A stretch of DNA of 59,624 nt, filler included. It is 5 parts of 5 records of this genome, joined end to end, with 100 filler letters (N's around TTAATTAATTAA, not from the genome) between each part and the next. Parts side by side here need not be neighbours in the genome. Positions count along the whole stretch, not along the records: positions 35,848 to 59,624 come from DRR723986_17158; 4 more parts are not named here. One strand, given 5' to 3'. How positions within the stretch are numbered: the stretch's first letter is position 1; every line of letters begins with the position of its first letter. Under the pieces are notes generated by a model that made no database searches, was not told the DNA's origin, and saw only the letters and a list, made by a program, of their open reading frames with translations. Of the stretch, positions 48,309 to 58,627 are shown one piece after another. A program made the position numbers and the translations under genes.

Positions 48309-48890
48309 ATGGATCAGAATAAACTTACGAGCGGTCAATCCGGCATCGACTCACGTTTTCTCCTCGTGGCCGGCCTCATTCTGGTAGCGGCAATTTCACG
48401 CGTGCTTCCGCATCCGCCCAACTTTGCACCTGTAGCGGCAATTGCTCTGTTTGGTGGCGCAATGTTCCGTCTAAAGTGGGTTGCCTTTGCAGTTCCCCTC
48501 GCGGCGATGTTGTTAAGTGATGCAATTCTGGAAGCCACAACTGGTTGGGGTTTTTACGAGGGGCAATGGATAACGTACATGGCATTTGCTGGTGTCACGG
48601 CGCTTGGCTTTAGCCTGCGTTCCAAACTTGGTGTTGGTCGTGTTGCCGGTGCAGCAGTTGGTTCTTCCCTCCTGTTTTTTGTCGTCACAAATCTTGGTGT
48701 CTTTTTCACGAGCGGCATGTACGCGCTTAACTTCGCCGGATTGCTGCAGTGTTTCGGTATGGCGCTTCCATTTTACCAGTGGACACTTATCAGCTGCCTG
48801 GCATATAGCGCTGTGCTTTTTGGTGGTTTTGCATTTGTCACGCAGAAATTCCCGCAGCTCGGCATTCGCAGTTTAACACCTACAGCTTAA
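48309..48890 (+). CDS. DUF6580-like membrane protein (ECF S-component-like putative transporter)
   Basis: RVLPHPPNFAPVAAIALFGG, LLSD, SSLLFFVVTN, ALPF; about six TM helices; ATG 48309. Confidence 0.75.
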   Translation: MDQNKLTSGQSGIDSRFLLVAGLILVAAISRVLPHPPNFAPVAAIALFGGAMFRLKWVAFAVPLAAMLLSDAILEATTGWGFYEGQWITYMAFAGVTALGFSLRSKLGVGRVAGAAVGSSLLFFVVTNLGVFFTSGMYALNFAGLLQCFGMALPFYQWTLISCLAYSAVLFGGFAFVTQKFPQLGIRSLTPTA

Positions 48891-48932
48891 CATTTCAGCC
48901 CTAGTTTCACTCGGAAACATTCAGAACTATAG

Positions 48933-48967
48933 ATCCTCTATGTCACGTGGCATAGAGGATTTTTTTT
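48933..48967 (+). terminator. Rho-independent terminator
   Basis: ATCCTCTATGTC/GGCATAGAGGAT stem followed by a T-run. Confidence 0.85.
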
Positions 48968-49020
48968 GTGCCTTTTTTGGGCCTCTTCTTGAGCGCTGCG
49001 CCTCCCTTCGCTTGCAGCAT

Positions 49021-49051
49021 GCGGTTGGGCTTACTTCTCTTTTTTGTTAGT
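49021..49051 (+). repeat. Copy of the dispersed intergenic repeat
   Basis: GCGGTTGGGCTTACTTCTCTTTTTTGTTAGT versus 29961-29991 (25/31). Confidence 0.7.
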
Positions 49052-49481
49052 CATTGGGATAATAGTCTCAAGTATTTGAGGCTGGAGGCTTTTTGGCTTG
49101 GGGGTGCATTTATTTGATGCACAAGAACAGGCCTCGATTCAGCGAGTCAATTCACACGATTATTAAACTTGAAATTTCACTTTCACGTTGCCTGACACTT
49201 CAAGATCACAACCTGCAACTCCAACTCGTTACAGCTGGTCCATCAATTTTCACTCCAGCTTGATAGTGTTTCGGTCTTGCGGCTGTATTAGCTCGAAAGG
49301 GAGAATCTACTATTCAAACCGCTAGAAACCATCACTGTGTTCCACTCCCGGCTTGACGTTAGCTCACAATCTCGCCCCAACGCCAAAGTCATTTTAATTT
49401 GTCAAGCACTATTAGTATTTTCCATTCAACCGCATAACATTGAAGCCCACTGCATCGAGAATCTTCCTAGAGACCGCACAT

Positions 49482-52400
49482 ATGAGCATGGATCTAACTT
49501 TCAGAAACATTTGCAAATTATTGAAGAGTGACAAGGACTTTGGCGAACAAGTTGTAGATGATGTCGATAGCATGCTTAGCCTGGTTTTACTCTGTTCTTC
49601 CGCTGCAATGGGACCAGCCACTTTGGGATTGTGCATCCCAGTTATTGCCGTCAAGAATGAAGTCGTAAAAATTGGCAAGAGAATCTTAGGTCATATCACT
49701 TCAAATCCCGAGGCGGACTATCTGGCCAGATACAAAAAAATGCAGATGGCTCACGGGCTCATCGTGTTTACTGCATTTTTTGATGCTCTGGATTCATGTT
49801 TGACAGACGAGATTCGTCAAAAATTGCAGATGCTTGAATCAGACCGACTTTCGCTGGCAAAAAAGTCGATCGGAATGCAAGAGTCAATCAACGACGATGA
49901 TTTAGAAGTAGAACTCAAAGACACACACTTTGCAGATTCATCAATTCATTTTCCACACCCCGCTGAACACAGATCTTTTCAATTGGAACGGCATGACGTC
50001 ATTTGGAGTCAAATGTTCGATGGTTTTATTATAACCACGGACCAGTTACCAGATAATCAAAAACTTACGACAGCAGAGCTGGACAACATTTCTTCAAAGT
50101 TAAAACCATCAATTGAAGAGACCTTTAATGCACAATTGTTAACACTTGCAGCTGCTTTCGAAGAATTTGGCTTGTGGCTCAACATTCAACAAGGAAAACT
50201 CACAACCCAGAAGTTGAGTCAACTATCAAAATTCGTACGGCACTTTCTGGACATCTTAAAAACAAACAGCAAAGTGATCGACGTTGGTTTTGCAAACTTG
50301 CAAAAAACAGTGCTGGAGATGCCTGAACATCTTCGATTACAAGACTCCATTGAAATCGCCAAAGGATTAAGACTCAAATACGATGCAATAGTTCAAAAAC
50401 CGATACATAATGAGCCTACCGCCCCCCCAGATAACTCGACTCAACAGTTGAAATTTCCCAAGGTCAAGGATGCATATGTTCCGCAGTCTTTTAAAGTGTT
50501 ACATCCAATGGACAATACACAGAACTTGGAAAGTGCAGATACATGGTCCAAAGTTAAAAAAAGGAATGACCTTGGAGCATTTTTGCTATCGTACTTAACT
50601 TCTCCCTACAGTGTTAACTCACCTCTATTAGTTTTAGGCCAGCCAGGTAGTGGAAAATCCTTGTTGACCAAAGTATTGGCAGCACAATTATCATCAACAT
50701 TTACTGTAGTCCGAGTGGAGTTGCGTAACGTAAATGCTGAATCCAGCCCAATCGATCAATTCCAGCAAGCAATCAAACAGATTACAACCATTAACGTGGA
50801 CTCCTGGATAAGGTTAAGTCACAATTTCAAAAACAATCCTGCGATTGTCATTTTGGATGGATTTGACGAGCTGCTCCAAGCCAGCGGAGCGGTGTTTGCA
50901 AACTACCTGAACGAAATTCAAGAATTTCAACAAAACGAATTGGAACAGGAACGACCACTACGGATTATTGTCACCAGCCGCATCACACTCATTAATAAAG
51001 CCAAAACGCCGTATGGTTCTACGGTACTGCGCTTGCTGCCTTTTGACCAAAGTCAAAGACAGCGATGGATAAGCATCTGGAATAGAGCGAACAACAAGAA
51101 TTTCAAGTCTGCTGGAATTGAGCCATTTTCACTGCCAAACAAGGAATCAGAAGGCTCAGCTAAGGTTTTGGAACTTGCAGAACAACCTTTATTGCTCATG
51201 ATGTTGGCGCTGTACGATTCCAACAATAATCAACTGGATAAATCTAAGGGCCTTGATAGAGCAACTCTCTACAAACGCCTACTGAAACAGTTCGTCGAGC
51301 GCGAGCAAGCCAAAACCAAGAGTTGGCGCGAATTGGATAACAATGCACAAAGCGACCTAGTAGATTTTGAAATGAACCGCCTTGGAATTGCTGCACTTGG
51401 CATGTTTAACAGACGCAGTTTGCACATTCATTCTGATGACTTGACTGCAGACCTTGATTTTTTTAATGCAACGAAACAAACTAAAGAGTCAAATAGACGC
51501 AAACTCAGCTCAGGCGAATTATTACTGGGAAGTTTTTTCTTCATACATAAGTCAGAGTCTCAAAATTCATTCGATACTAACAATCAGAACGTTGACGCAA
51601 CATTCGAATTTTTGCACAACACTTTTGGTGAGTATTTAACAGCGGATTTCATATTGACTCGCTTAATAAAGGAAGTCAAGACTATCCAGGACTTACAATC
51701 AAAGACATCACTCAAAGAAACTCTTGATGAAAAGCTTCGAGACGCAAATGGACTACATTTCGAATGGTTTTGCTGCCTTGCGTACACTCCACTGTTCACC
51801 CGCCCGGTCGTATTGGAATTGTTGCGCGAATCAACTGCAAACATCAGAGCGAAAGGTATCAATGAAAGGTCAACATTCTATTCTGCATTGGACCGGATTG
51901 TTTGGAGCCAATTGAATCGGATTCTTAATCAACAAAAAATGCCCACAATTCTCGCGTCTGGCACCACAAAAAAAGGAGACAATTCGCCTCTCGAATCGTT
52001 GCCTCTTTCAGGACACCTCGCCGTGTATAGCCTGAATCTTATTCTGCTACGGACTGTTATCGCAGAAGGTGTTTACACATTCGATGAAGACCAGTTTACG
52101 TCCCACGAATATGGAGCAAGACCATGGGATCGTCTGACTCATATCTGGCGAGCCTGGTTTTCTTTGGACAATCTTTCTGGGGTCACCGGAATAATTAAGA
52201 CCAAACGTAGGGAATCTACTATTGAAATTCACGCTCATCAGGACTTCATAACAGAGAATGAGTCTAATAGACTTAGGATCTACCAGAGTGTTGCAGAAAC
52301 GTTCAATGATGTTATTGCAAGCTCAATGTCAAAAGTTATTCTTTACTCTCCATCCAGAGGTGAGTTGGATGAGCTAACACAAATTGAATTTGAGCTTGAA

Positions 52401-53777
52401 GCCGAATCAGTTCCAGTCTGGTTTAACTTCCGAACAATTCAGTTTGTGACTTCATCAAAGGTTGTCACTGCTCTCAATCTTAGAGAGTTTCTTTCCACTT
52501 CGGTTTTACTGATTCGAACGGCTATACACTTAAAATTTAAATATGAACTACAAGCCATCTTAAATGCAGTGAAGTTTGGTTTTTCGAAAGTTATCAGGCC
52601 GGATAATAGACCGCACGTGAAGGACAGAATAGATACTTACATTGATGACTTTTTTTCGCATGAAAGCATTGTTCACAATTTAATGTCCGATTACCCTGAC
52701 TTGGCGGTCATATACTTTGAGCTTTGGCATTTCAATTATTCAGAAGGAGGAAATCTAATCTTTAGCAGCCAATGGTTTTGGGAGATTGTGGGCAAAAAAG
52801 CTTTCTCGAATCGACCTGAGTTTTTAGTAAATTTGAGTTCTATAACTCTAGGACTTGGAAAGATAATACTTGCAGATTTACCGTCGCGAACAAATCTCGT
52901 CACACCATCAAAACTAATTGAGATTGTTTTATCCACTACACTGAGCATTAAGTCGTTAATTGCAGTTTGGTCAGACTCTTATGAGAAATTTGAAGACCTA
53001 ATCAAAAAGTCAAAGCAAATGGCAGTTCCTGGCCAGAAATATGATCTAGCAAAAAAATTTCATTATGCATCTGATTGGTTAAGCTTTATACTTGATGCAC
53101 TAAACAATTTGAACAATGACAAACGTATGAACCAATTACTATTGAGGTTTTTGAATTTTCGAATCGAGGTTTCGACATCATCGAGCTTCAATGCCACTTT
53201 CGGCTCAGTCTTTTCTAATGAGTTTGCCGATGCAATATTCCCTTCCGAGAGATTCCAAGACTCACTCAAATCAAACCCCTTGGATGTTCTCTACCTACTC
53301 CTTATTTTTTTTAGCAATCGACTCAATTGTGGACCACTAGAGAATATTAGCTGGGACTCATATTTTGAAAGTTGCATCGAAATCGAAGGGCTCGAGCCAT
53401 TATTATTGGACGCCCCACAACACGTTTTGGCACTAATAAAACTCGCCAAAAAATGCAATCAGTTAGAAATACTGCGTTCTATCCTATTGCGAGATTATGA
53501 CTCAGCTATATGGTCAGACTGGGGGTCCAGAATCACCAACAGCAACGATTTGACGTTGGTTGCTATGTTAAAGATTGCACGTATAATCGATAGCTCTCGT
53601 TACAACTTTAAATGGCTTGAAGACATATTGCTAAATGACGTGAAATTTGATCTAAGCGAATCCAAAGTCATGACTCTCCCGATTAAATCCTATGATGATC
53701 TCAAGTGGTTTGTTAAAAACTCGAAAAACAATGATTTAAAAAAAGCATTCAATGAGATTGTCAATTCAGATTATTGA
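49482..53777 (+). CDS. NACHT-family STAND NTPase (bacterial NLR-like) with an N-terminal helical domain and a long unassigned C-terminus
   Basis: Walker A LLVLGQPGSGKS, Walker B IVILDGFDE, sensor IIVTSR, QPLLLMMLA, winged-helix FEFLHNTFGEYLTA; visibly AT-richer than its neighbours. Confidence 0.88.
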   Translation: MSMDLTFRNICKLLKSDKDFGEQVVDDVDSMLSLVLLCSSAAMGPATLGLCIPVIAVKNEVVKIGKRILGHITSNPEADYLARYKKMQMAHGLIVFTAFFDALDSCLTDEIRQKLQMLESDRLSLAKKSIGMQESINDDDLEVELKDTHFADSSIHFPHPAEHRSFQLERHDVIWSQMFDGFIITTDQLPDNQKLTTAELDNISSKLKPSIEETFNAQLLTLAAAFEEFGLWLNIQQGKLTTQKLSQLSKFVRHFLDILKTNSKVIDVGFANLQKTVLEMPEHLRLQDSIEIAKGLRLKYDAIVQKPIHNEPTAPPDNSTQQLKFPKVKDAYVPQSFKVLHPMDNTQNLESADTWSKVKKRNDLGAFLLSYLTSPYSVNSPLLVLGQPGSGKSLLTKVLAAQLSSTFTVVRVELRNVNAESSPIDQFQQAIKQITTINVDSWIRLSHNFKNNPAIVILDGFDELLQASGAVFANYLNEIQEFQQNELEQERPLRIIVTSRITLINKAKTPYGSTVLRLLPFDQSQRQRWISIWNRANNKNFKSAGIEPFSLPNKESEGSAKVLELAEQPLLLMMLALYDSNNNQLDKSKGLDRATLYKRLLKQFVEREQAKTKSWRELDNNAQSDLVDFEMNRLGIAALGMFNRRSLHIHSDDLTADLDFFNATKQTKESNRRKLSSGELLLGSFFFIHKSESQNSFDTNNQNVDATFEFLHNTFGEYLTADFILTRLIKEVKTIQDLQSKTSLKETLDEKLRDANGLHFEWFCCLAYTPLFTRPVVLELLRESTANIRAKGINERSTFYSALDRIVWSQLNRILNQQKMPTILASGTTKKGDNSPLESLPLSGHLAVYSLNLILLRTVIAEGVYTFDEDQFTSHEYGARPWDRLTHIWRAWFSLDNLSGVTGIIKTKRRESTIEIHAHQDFITENESNRLRIYQSVAETFNDVIASSMSKVILYSPSRGELDELTQIEFELEAESVPVWFNFRTIQFVTSSKVVTALNLREFLSTSVLLIRTAIHLKFKYELQAILNAVKFGFSKVIRPDNRPHVKDRIDTYIDDFFSHESIVHNLMSDYPDLAVIYFELWHFNYSEGGNLIFSSQWFWEIVGKKAFSNRPEFLVNLSSITLGLGKIILADLPSRTNLVTPSKLIEIVLSTTLSIKSLIAVWSDSYEKFEDLIKKSKQMAVPGQKYDLAKKFHYASDWLSFILDALNNLNNDKRMNQLLLRFLNFRIEVSTSSSFNATFGSVFSNEFADAIFPSERFQDSLKSNPLDVLYLLLIFFSNRLNCGPLENISWDSYFESCIEIEGLEPLLLDAPQHVLALIKLAKKCNQLEILRSILLRDYDSAIWSDWGSRITNSNDLTLVAMLKIARIIDSSRYNFKWLEDILLNDVKFDLSESKVMTLPIKSYDDLKWFVKNSKNNDLKKAFNEIVNSDY

Positions 53778-54061
53778 GAATTTGAGGTGAAATTCTAGGA
53801 GTTTTAGCGCTAACTTTGAATTCGGTAAATCCGCATTCTGAAAATTGCGACATCAAGTGTTTCATTAAATGTCAAGTGGATCTACGGTGGATGACACACT
53901 CTCCGAGAATTTCTCACCCTCCTGGGCACCACCCATAAACTCAAGACTCCCCACCCAAGGCCAAACAAGAATATCATCCGCCTACGAAGTAAAGGCGTCA
54001 AGACCACAACATGTTAAGTCGAAATTCATGGATCGGAAAACAATCCTACCACATCAACAAC

Positions 54062-54889
54062 TCACTTCCTCTGCAACTCAATACCCTCTTCCGCAGCAAA
54101 ACGCTTAACAATCTGACGCCACAATGCCTGTTCCGTGCGCGCCGTCTGGTAGGGCCTGCAAATATATCGCAAATGCATGTGCAGCGCGCCGTCAATCACA
54201 AAAACCTGAACGTTGGCGTCAAAGGTGCGGTACACCAAGCCCTGGTTAGAATCGCGCAGCTCATTGATTTCTGCCCGCGTCGGAACCTGATGATAATCGG
54301 CCACTACCTCCAGCAACAACGCCTCCGCCCTTTCAACGTCGCTGTCCAGCGATAAAACAACGTCCAACTCGTGCCAGATGTACTGAAAGCCATGTGTATA
54401 ATTTGTGATGCCCTCAGTTAACACACAGGAATTGTTGATCTTAACAATTTTACCAGAAGGGTTATTGCGTCCGTTAACACTGCTCATATCCGCAATCGTA
54501 AAATACAGCAGCCCCGTGTCAATCACATCACCAACATAACCGCGCACCGAAATCCGGTCACCAATGACAAATAAACGACGCCAAAGAATGACCATCCAGC
54601 CCGTTATATTAAGTAGTGCTTCTTTATTAACAATTGTAATTGCCGCCGCAACCAGACTTAGCAAAGTCAGCACTGACTGAAAACGATCAAACCATATGTT
54701 AATAATCGCCACCAGGCCCAGCACAAGTAAAACATATCGGCTGGTCTGACGCCAGACCAAACGCAAACGCGTTCCGTCGACCCGTTTATTGACGACAAAT
54801 ACGACAATACGGTGTACAATAAACAGCAGGATAATTACCAGGAATGTGGCAATCAGGGTTTTGAGGTTTTCGGGAGATAACTCTGGCAT
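54062..54889 (-). CDS. MscS-family mechanosensitive channel
   Basis: Three TM helices, LLNITGW, RLFVIGDRI, GDVIDTG, ITNYT. Confidence 0.85.
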   Translation of the reverse strand: MPELSPENLKTLIATFLVIILLFIVHRIVVFVVNKRVDGTRLRLVWRQTSRYVLLVLGLVAIINIWFDRFQSVLTLLSLVAAAITIVNKEALLNITGWMVILWRRLFVIGDRISVRGYVGDVIDTGLLYFTIADMSSVNGRNNPSGKIVKINNSCVLTEGITNYTHGFQYIWHELDVVLSLDSDVERAEALLLEVVADYHQVPTRAEINELRDSNQGLVYRTFDANVQVFVIDGALHMHLRYICRPYQTARTEQALWRQIVKRFAAEEGIELQRK

Positions 54890-54910
54890 AGTCGTATTTC
54901 TTAATTCCGT

Positions 54911-55984
54911 TTAGAACCACTTTTTGCTTTTGAAGTAGATGAACATTCCTATGGCGATGCCCAACATCACCAATAAAGCCGCAGGGTACCCCCAGCTCCA
55001 TGCCAATTCCGGCATATTCAGAAAGTTCATACCATACAGACCTGCCACAAAAGTCAAGGGCAAAAATATCGTCGAAAATATCGTTAACGTTTTCATCACC
55101 TCATTCATGCGTCGGCTTAATGTGGAATTGTACGTTTCCCCCATGCCGTCGAGCATGACGCGTGAGTGCTCAACTGTGTCAAGCACCTGAATAACGTGAT
55201 CGTACAGATCGCGCAGAAATATGTTGAGTGAGTCGTTCAGAACACCGGATTCATCACGCTGCAGACGGTTAACAAGATCGCGCATGGGTAGCACATCGCG
55301 GCGAATATCAAGTACTTCAGCTTTGAGAACATTAATCTGCTCCAGCAGATCCTCATCCGGGTCTTTGTACAGTTGGCGCCCTATCGCGTCGGCGCGCATT
55401 GTCAATTCTTCGAGCACAACAAAGTAATGATCTACGACGGCATCGATTAAAGCGTACATCAGGTAGTCAATGCCGTTGCGCTGAATGCGGCCTTTGCCTG
55501 AGCGAATTCGCTTGCGCACCGGCTCAAAAACATCGGCGCGTTGCTCCTGTACCGTTACCAACAGATTTTGACGGAGTACCAGACTGACCTGCTCCGAATC
55601 GAGTGACGCATCGCCCTGATGCTGCAGCATACGCACCACCAGATACAGGTATGTCTCAAACTCTTCATACTTGGCTCGATGGCCGGTGTTGGCCATATCC
55701 TCAACTGTCAGCGCATGCAGGTCGCACAAATTGCCCAGTTGCTGCAAAACCGTAATATCGTGAACCCCGCAGATGTTGACCCAGCGGACACCTTGGATGG
55801 GACTAACAAGGATTGGGTCTTCGAGGCTTGTGAGTTCATTTTCACTGTATGTTCCGTCATGATAATCAATGACCGAAATGTAGACCTGCTGTTCCTTGCG
55901 TTCGCCGACAAACACGGCGCTGCCGGGCGGCAGACCAACTTTACTGCGGAAAATGTTCAGAGGCAAGCGAAGCGACATACTCAC
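54911..55984 (-). CDS. corA: Magnesium/cobalt transporter CorA
   Basis: GLPPGSAVFVG, WVNICGVHD, MNEVMKTLT, YGMNF..MPEL. Confidence 0.95.
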   Translation of the reverse strand: MSMSLRLPLNIFRSKVGLPPGSAVFVGERKEQQVYISVIDYHDGTYSENELTSLEDPILVSPIQGVRWVNICGVHDITVLQQLGNLCDLHALTVEDMANTGHRAKYEEFETYLYLVVRMLQHQGDASLDSEQVSLVLRQNLLVTVQEQRADVFEPVRKRIRSGKGRIQRNGIDYLMYALIDAVVDHYFVVLEELTMRADAIGRQLYKDPDEDLLEQINVLKAEVLDIRRDVLPMRDLVNRLQRDESGVLNDSLNIFLRDLYDHVIQVLDTVEHSRVMLDGMGETYNSTLSRRMNEVMKTLTIFSTIFLPLTFVAGLYGMNFLNMPELAWSWGYPAALLVMLGIAIGMFIYFKSKKWF

Positions 55985-56174
55985 GCTGGACGTTGATTGA
56001 ACTAAAATTCGGACAACTGCACCGCAATTTCGCTAATCGCGGGTTCACAACCATGATCGCCGAGCATTTTTGCGATGGCTATGGCCAATTGTGCAGCTGT
56101 GAGACTTGCCTTGTTTTGGGCTGGATTCGTAGATTTGCCGCATTCAATCGACTTGATCAACAAGGAAAAGTATC

Positions 56175-57107
56175 ATGCTACAACGCAGCTGCTCTGCATT
56201 GCTGACGACTGTTCTCGCACTCCTGCTTGCTCCCGCAAGTACATTGCCGGCAGGCAACCTGCCCCAGACTCTCAACTTTACAGATGCAACGACTTTTTCG
56301 ATCGACATTGATTTGTCTATGCAGGTCCTGGACGGCGACGGTAATCAACAAGTCAGTGCCGAGATGTTCTACAAGTGTGAACTTGAGCTGCAGCCTCCAG
56401 CCCTTGTTAACGGATCACCAAGTGTTCTGGCCACGCTCAGAAACGTGATAACGAGTAGCTCGACCGGCTCCGCCGAATACGGCGACTCAAATCACGCAAG
56501 CCACAATATGAGTGCGCTGGATGCGGCAGAACTGCAATTTGACCTGGACGCGCATGGAGCATGTACAGCGCTTCGTATGCTGGACCCGGAATTGCAGGCA
56601 ACCTTAGATGGCAAAACCGGCCAAAAGAATCCCGAAAAAGCCCAATTACGTGCGACGCTCGGGGCACTAAGTGCCGCCCTGCAGGATTATCTGTTTTTTG
56701 GCTTTCCCGAAGAATCAGTCGCTCCCGGCGATAGCTGGCAAACCACGATTCACGACAGTGTCGATGCCGGAATGATGAATGTAGTCCTGGACTATCAGAA
56801 ACACTTCGAATACCTGGACCAGAGCACAGACGAGGCCAGCGGCAGCATTGTAATCAACTATGCGTCCAAAGACGCCAGTGTAGCACTGGGCGACGGCATG
56901 TTGGCCAATATGTTCAAGGAAAGTGAACCTACCAAGGTCAAGATCGATAATGCCGGAACATATGCGCTTGACCCAAAAAGTGGTCTGGTACGCACGTTTG
57001 AAGGCGGTGAGCATCTGCGGTTCATGGTCTCGCGCGATAAAGGCGAAGGCAAGACTCAGGTAATGGATCTGAACGTCAAACGCAGCGTCAATATCGATCG
57101 CTATTGA
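56175..57107 (+). CDS. Hypothetical exported beta-rich protein
   Basis: Signal peptide; FPEESVAPGDSW and LDPKSGLV motifs. Confidence 0.7.
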   Translation: MLQRSCSALLTTVLALLLAPASTLPAGNLPQTLNFTDATTFSIDIDLSMQVLDGDGNQQVSAEMFYKCELELQPPALVNGSPSVLATLRNVITSSSTGSAEYGDSNHASHNMSALDAAELQFDLDAHGACTALRMLDPELQATLDGKTGQKNPEKAQLRATLGALSAALQDYLFFGFPEESVAPGDSWQTTIHDSVDAGMMNVVLDYQKHFEYLDQSTDEASGSIVINYASKDASVALGDGMLANMFKESEPTKVKIDNAGTYALDPKSGLVRTFEGGEHLRFMVSRDKGEGKTQVMDLNVKRSVNIDRY

Positions 57108-57186
57108 ATGCCACGCCGCTGCTAATGCATAAGCAACTGGGCAACACCGGGCGCAAATGGACCACTGCCGGACAGCTGAAAATGAC

Positions 57187-57227
57187 AACAGGCGCATGCA
57201 ATCTGAATTGCATGCGCCTGTTTTATT
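57187..57227. terminator. Terminator hairpin between convergent genes
   Basis: 16-bp perfect stem AACAGGCGCATGCAAT/ATTGCATGCGCCTGTT followed by TTATT. Confidence 0.8.
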
Positions 57228-57270
57228 GTCCTGAATTTCGCTCGCGGTGTAGCCCCGAGCGCATCTGCGA

Positions 57271-57771
57271 TTAGTCTTTGTCCGGCAGACTTGGCGCGCC
57301 ATTGCTGCGATTGCCGCCGCTTCCGGCCATTACTCCGGCAAACACTTTAATAGCTTTGCTTGTGCTGCTGACGACGCTGCCGATCTGGCGGATCGGCTCA
57401 ACGATCTGGTCTTCAAAGTCACGCTCGATCGCCGCTACGCGGCTGGCCAGCTCTGCGACTTCATTGACCATTTCTCCGGTCTTGTTCAGCTGCACATCAA
57501 CTTTGCTGGAAATGCTGATCGACGTATGTGTCGTTTCCTGCACATTCCGCAAAATCGGCACCAGTTCCTGCTTTATGTCTGCAACGTGTTGCAGCGTCGG
57601 CCCGATTTGCTGCCCCACATTGTCAAGTGTTGCCTGCGTTTGTGCAAGGCTGGACTGCACCTGACGAATGAGCGGCCCGAGTTTGAGCACCAGATACACG
57701 CAAAGTATTGCCACTGAAAGAAGCGCCATAATAGCGCTAACATACAGAATCACGTCCATGGAGATGCTCAC
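57271..57771 (-). CDS. DUF948/YoxC-like membrane-anchored coiled-coil protein
   Basis: N-terminal TM helix followed by amphipathic helices; adjacent to a YtxH gene, the usual pairing. Confidence 0.7.
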   Translation of the reverse strand: MSISMDVILYVSAIMALLSVAILCVYLVLKLGPLIRQVQSSLAQTQATLDNVGQQIGPTLQHVADIKQELVPILRNVQETTHTSISISSKVDVQLNKTGEMVNEVAELASRVAAIERDFEDQIVEPIRQIGSVVSSTSKAIKVFAGVMAGSGGNRSNGAPSLPDKD

Positions 57772-57798
57772 TAGAGTTTAGACCTTCGTAGAGGGCGT

Positions 57799-58272
57799 TC
57801 AGGCCGCCGAATGTTCTTCGTCCGATTCTGCCGCTTGTGAGTTGGCTGCTTCAGCGGCCATTTCACGTTTGAATGTTTCTCTGGCTTCGCCGGCTGCATC
57901 GCGGACTTTGTTCAGGCTGCTGGTGATTTCTTCCTGTGCGGAATTAACGCGTACGCGCGCTTCACCGATCAGACCTTCAGCTTCATACAGCAAGTGACTG
58001 GCTTGTTCGCGTGTGGACTGCACAAGTTCGTCAGCTTTCTTTTTGCCTTCGTTGACAAATCTCTCCACGCGGTCACGGCTTTCGTGAGACATGTCACTTG
58101 CACGTGTGTAGACGTCGTTATAGACTTCGTTGGATTTGTCGGCGATATCCTTGCGTAATTCGGAGCCGCTCTTCGGTGCAAACAGCAGGGCTACTACAGC
58201 ACCAATGGCACCGCCGGCGACTGCGCCGAATAAAAATCCCTTTGAATATGACTCGTTCGAATTGCTGCTCAT
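57799..58272 (-). CDS. YtxH-domain protein
   Basis: GFLFGAVAGGAIGAVVALLFAPKSGSELR. Confidence 0.9.
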   Translation of the reverse strand: MSSNSNESYSKGFLFGAVAGGAIGAVVALLFAPKSGSELRKDIADKSNEVYNDVYTRASDMSHESRDRVERFVNEGKKKADELVQSTREQASHLLYEAEGLIGEARVRVNSAQEEITSSLNKVRDAAGEARETFKREMAAEAANSQAAESDEEHSAA

Positions 58273-58627
58273 AATGTCCTCCCTAATTCCAAAATTACAA
58301 AACCACTCTCAAACTTTTGGCGACGCTGTCAACATGAAGTCTCGTAAAACCGGGCTTTTCACTGCGTAAATCAGTACGCCGATTCTCCGGTGGCGCCATG
58401 TAGGTGACGAATCTCTGTACCAGGTTCATCCGCATATCGTTCGTACGATAATTATTTCTGCCGTGGCGCGTCGCCGCTCTTTGCATACGCACTCAAGCTG
58501 CTTGAGTTCCGTATATATCGTATCGACCAATAGTACAGTTGACTGGAGTATTTGTTGACACTCTTTATGCGGACGAGCGAATCCGCATTTTGGTGTTGCC
58601 AAAAATATTTTATCGGAATCTATAATA

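Noticed and set aside
49052-54061. Mobile-element boundaries around the NACHT gene
   Set aside because: No integrase, transposase, tRNA target or convincing direct/inverted terminal repeats found
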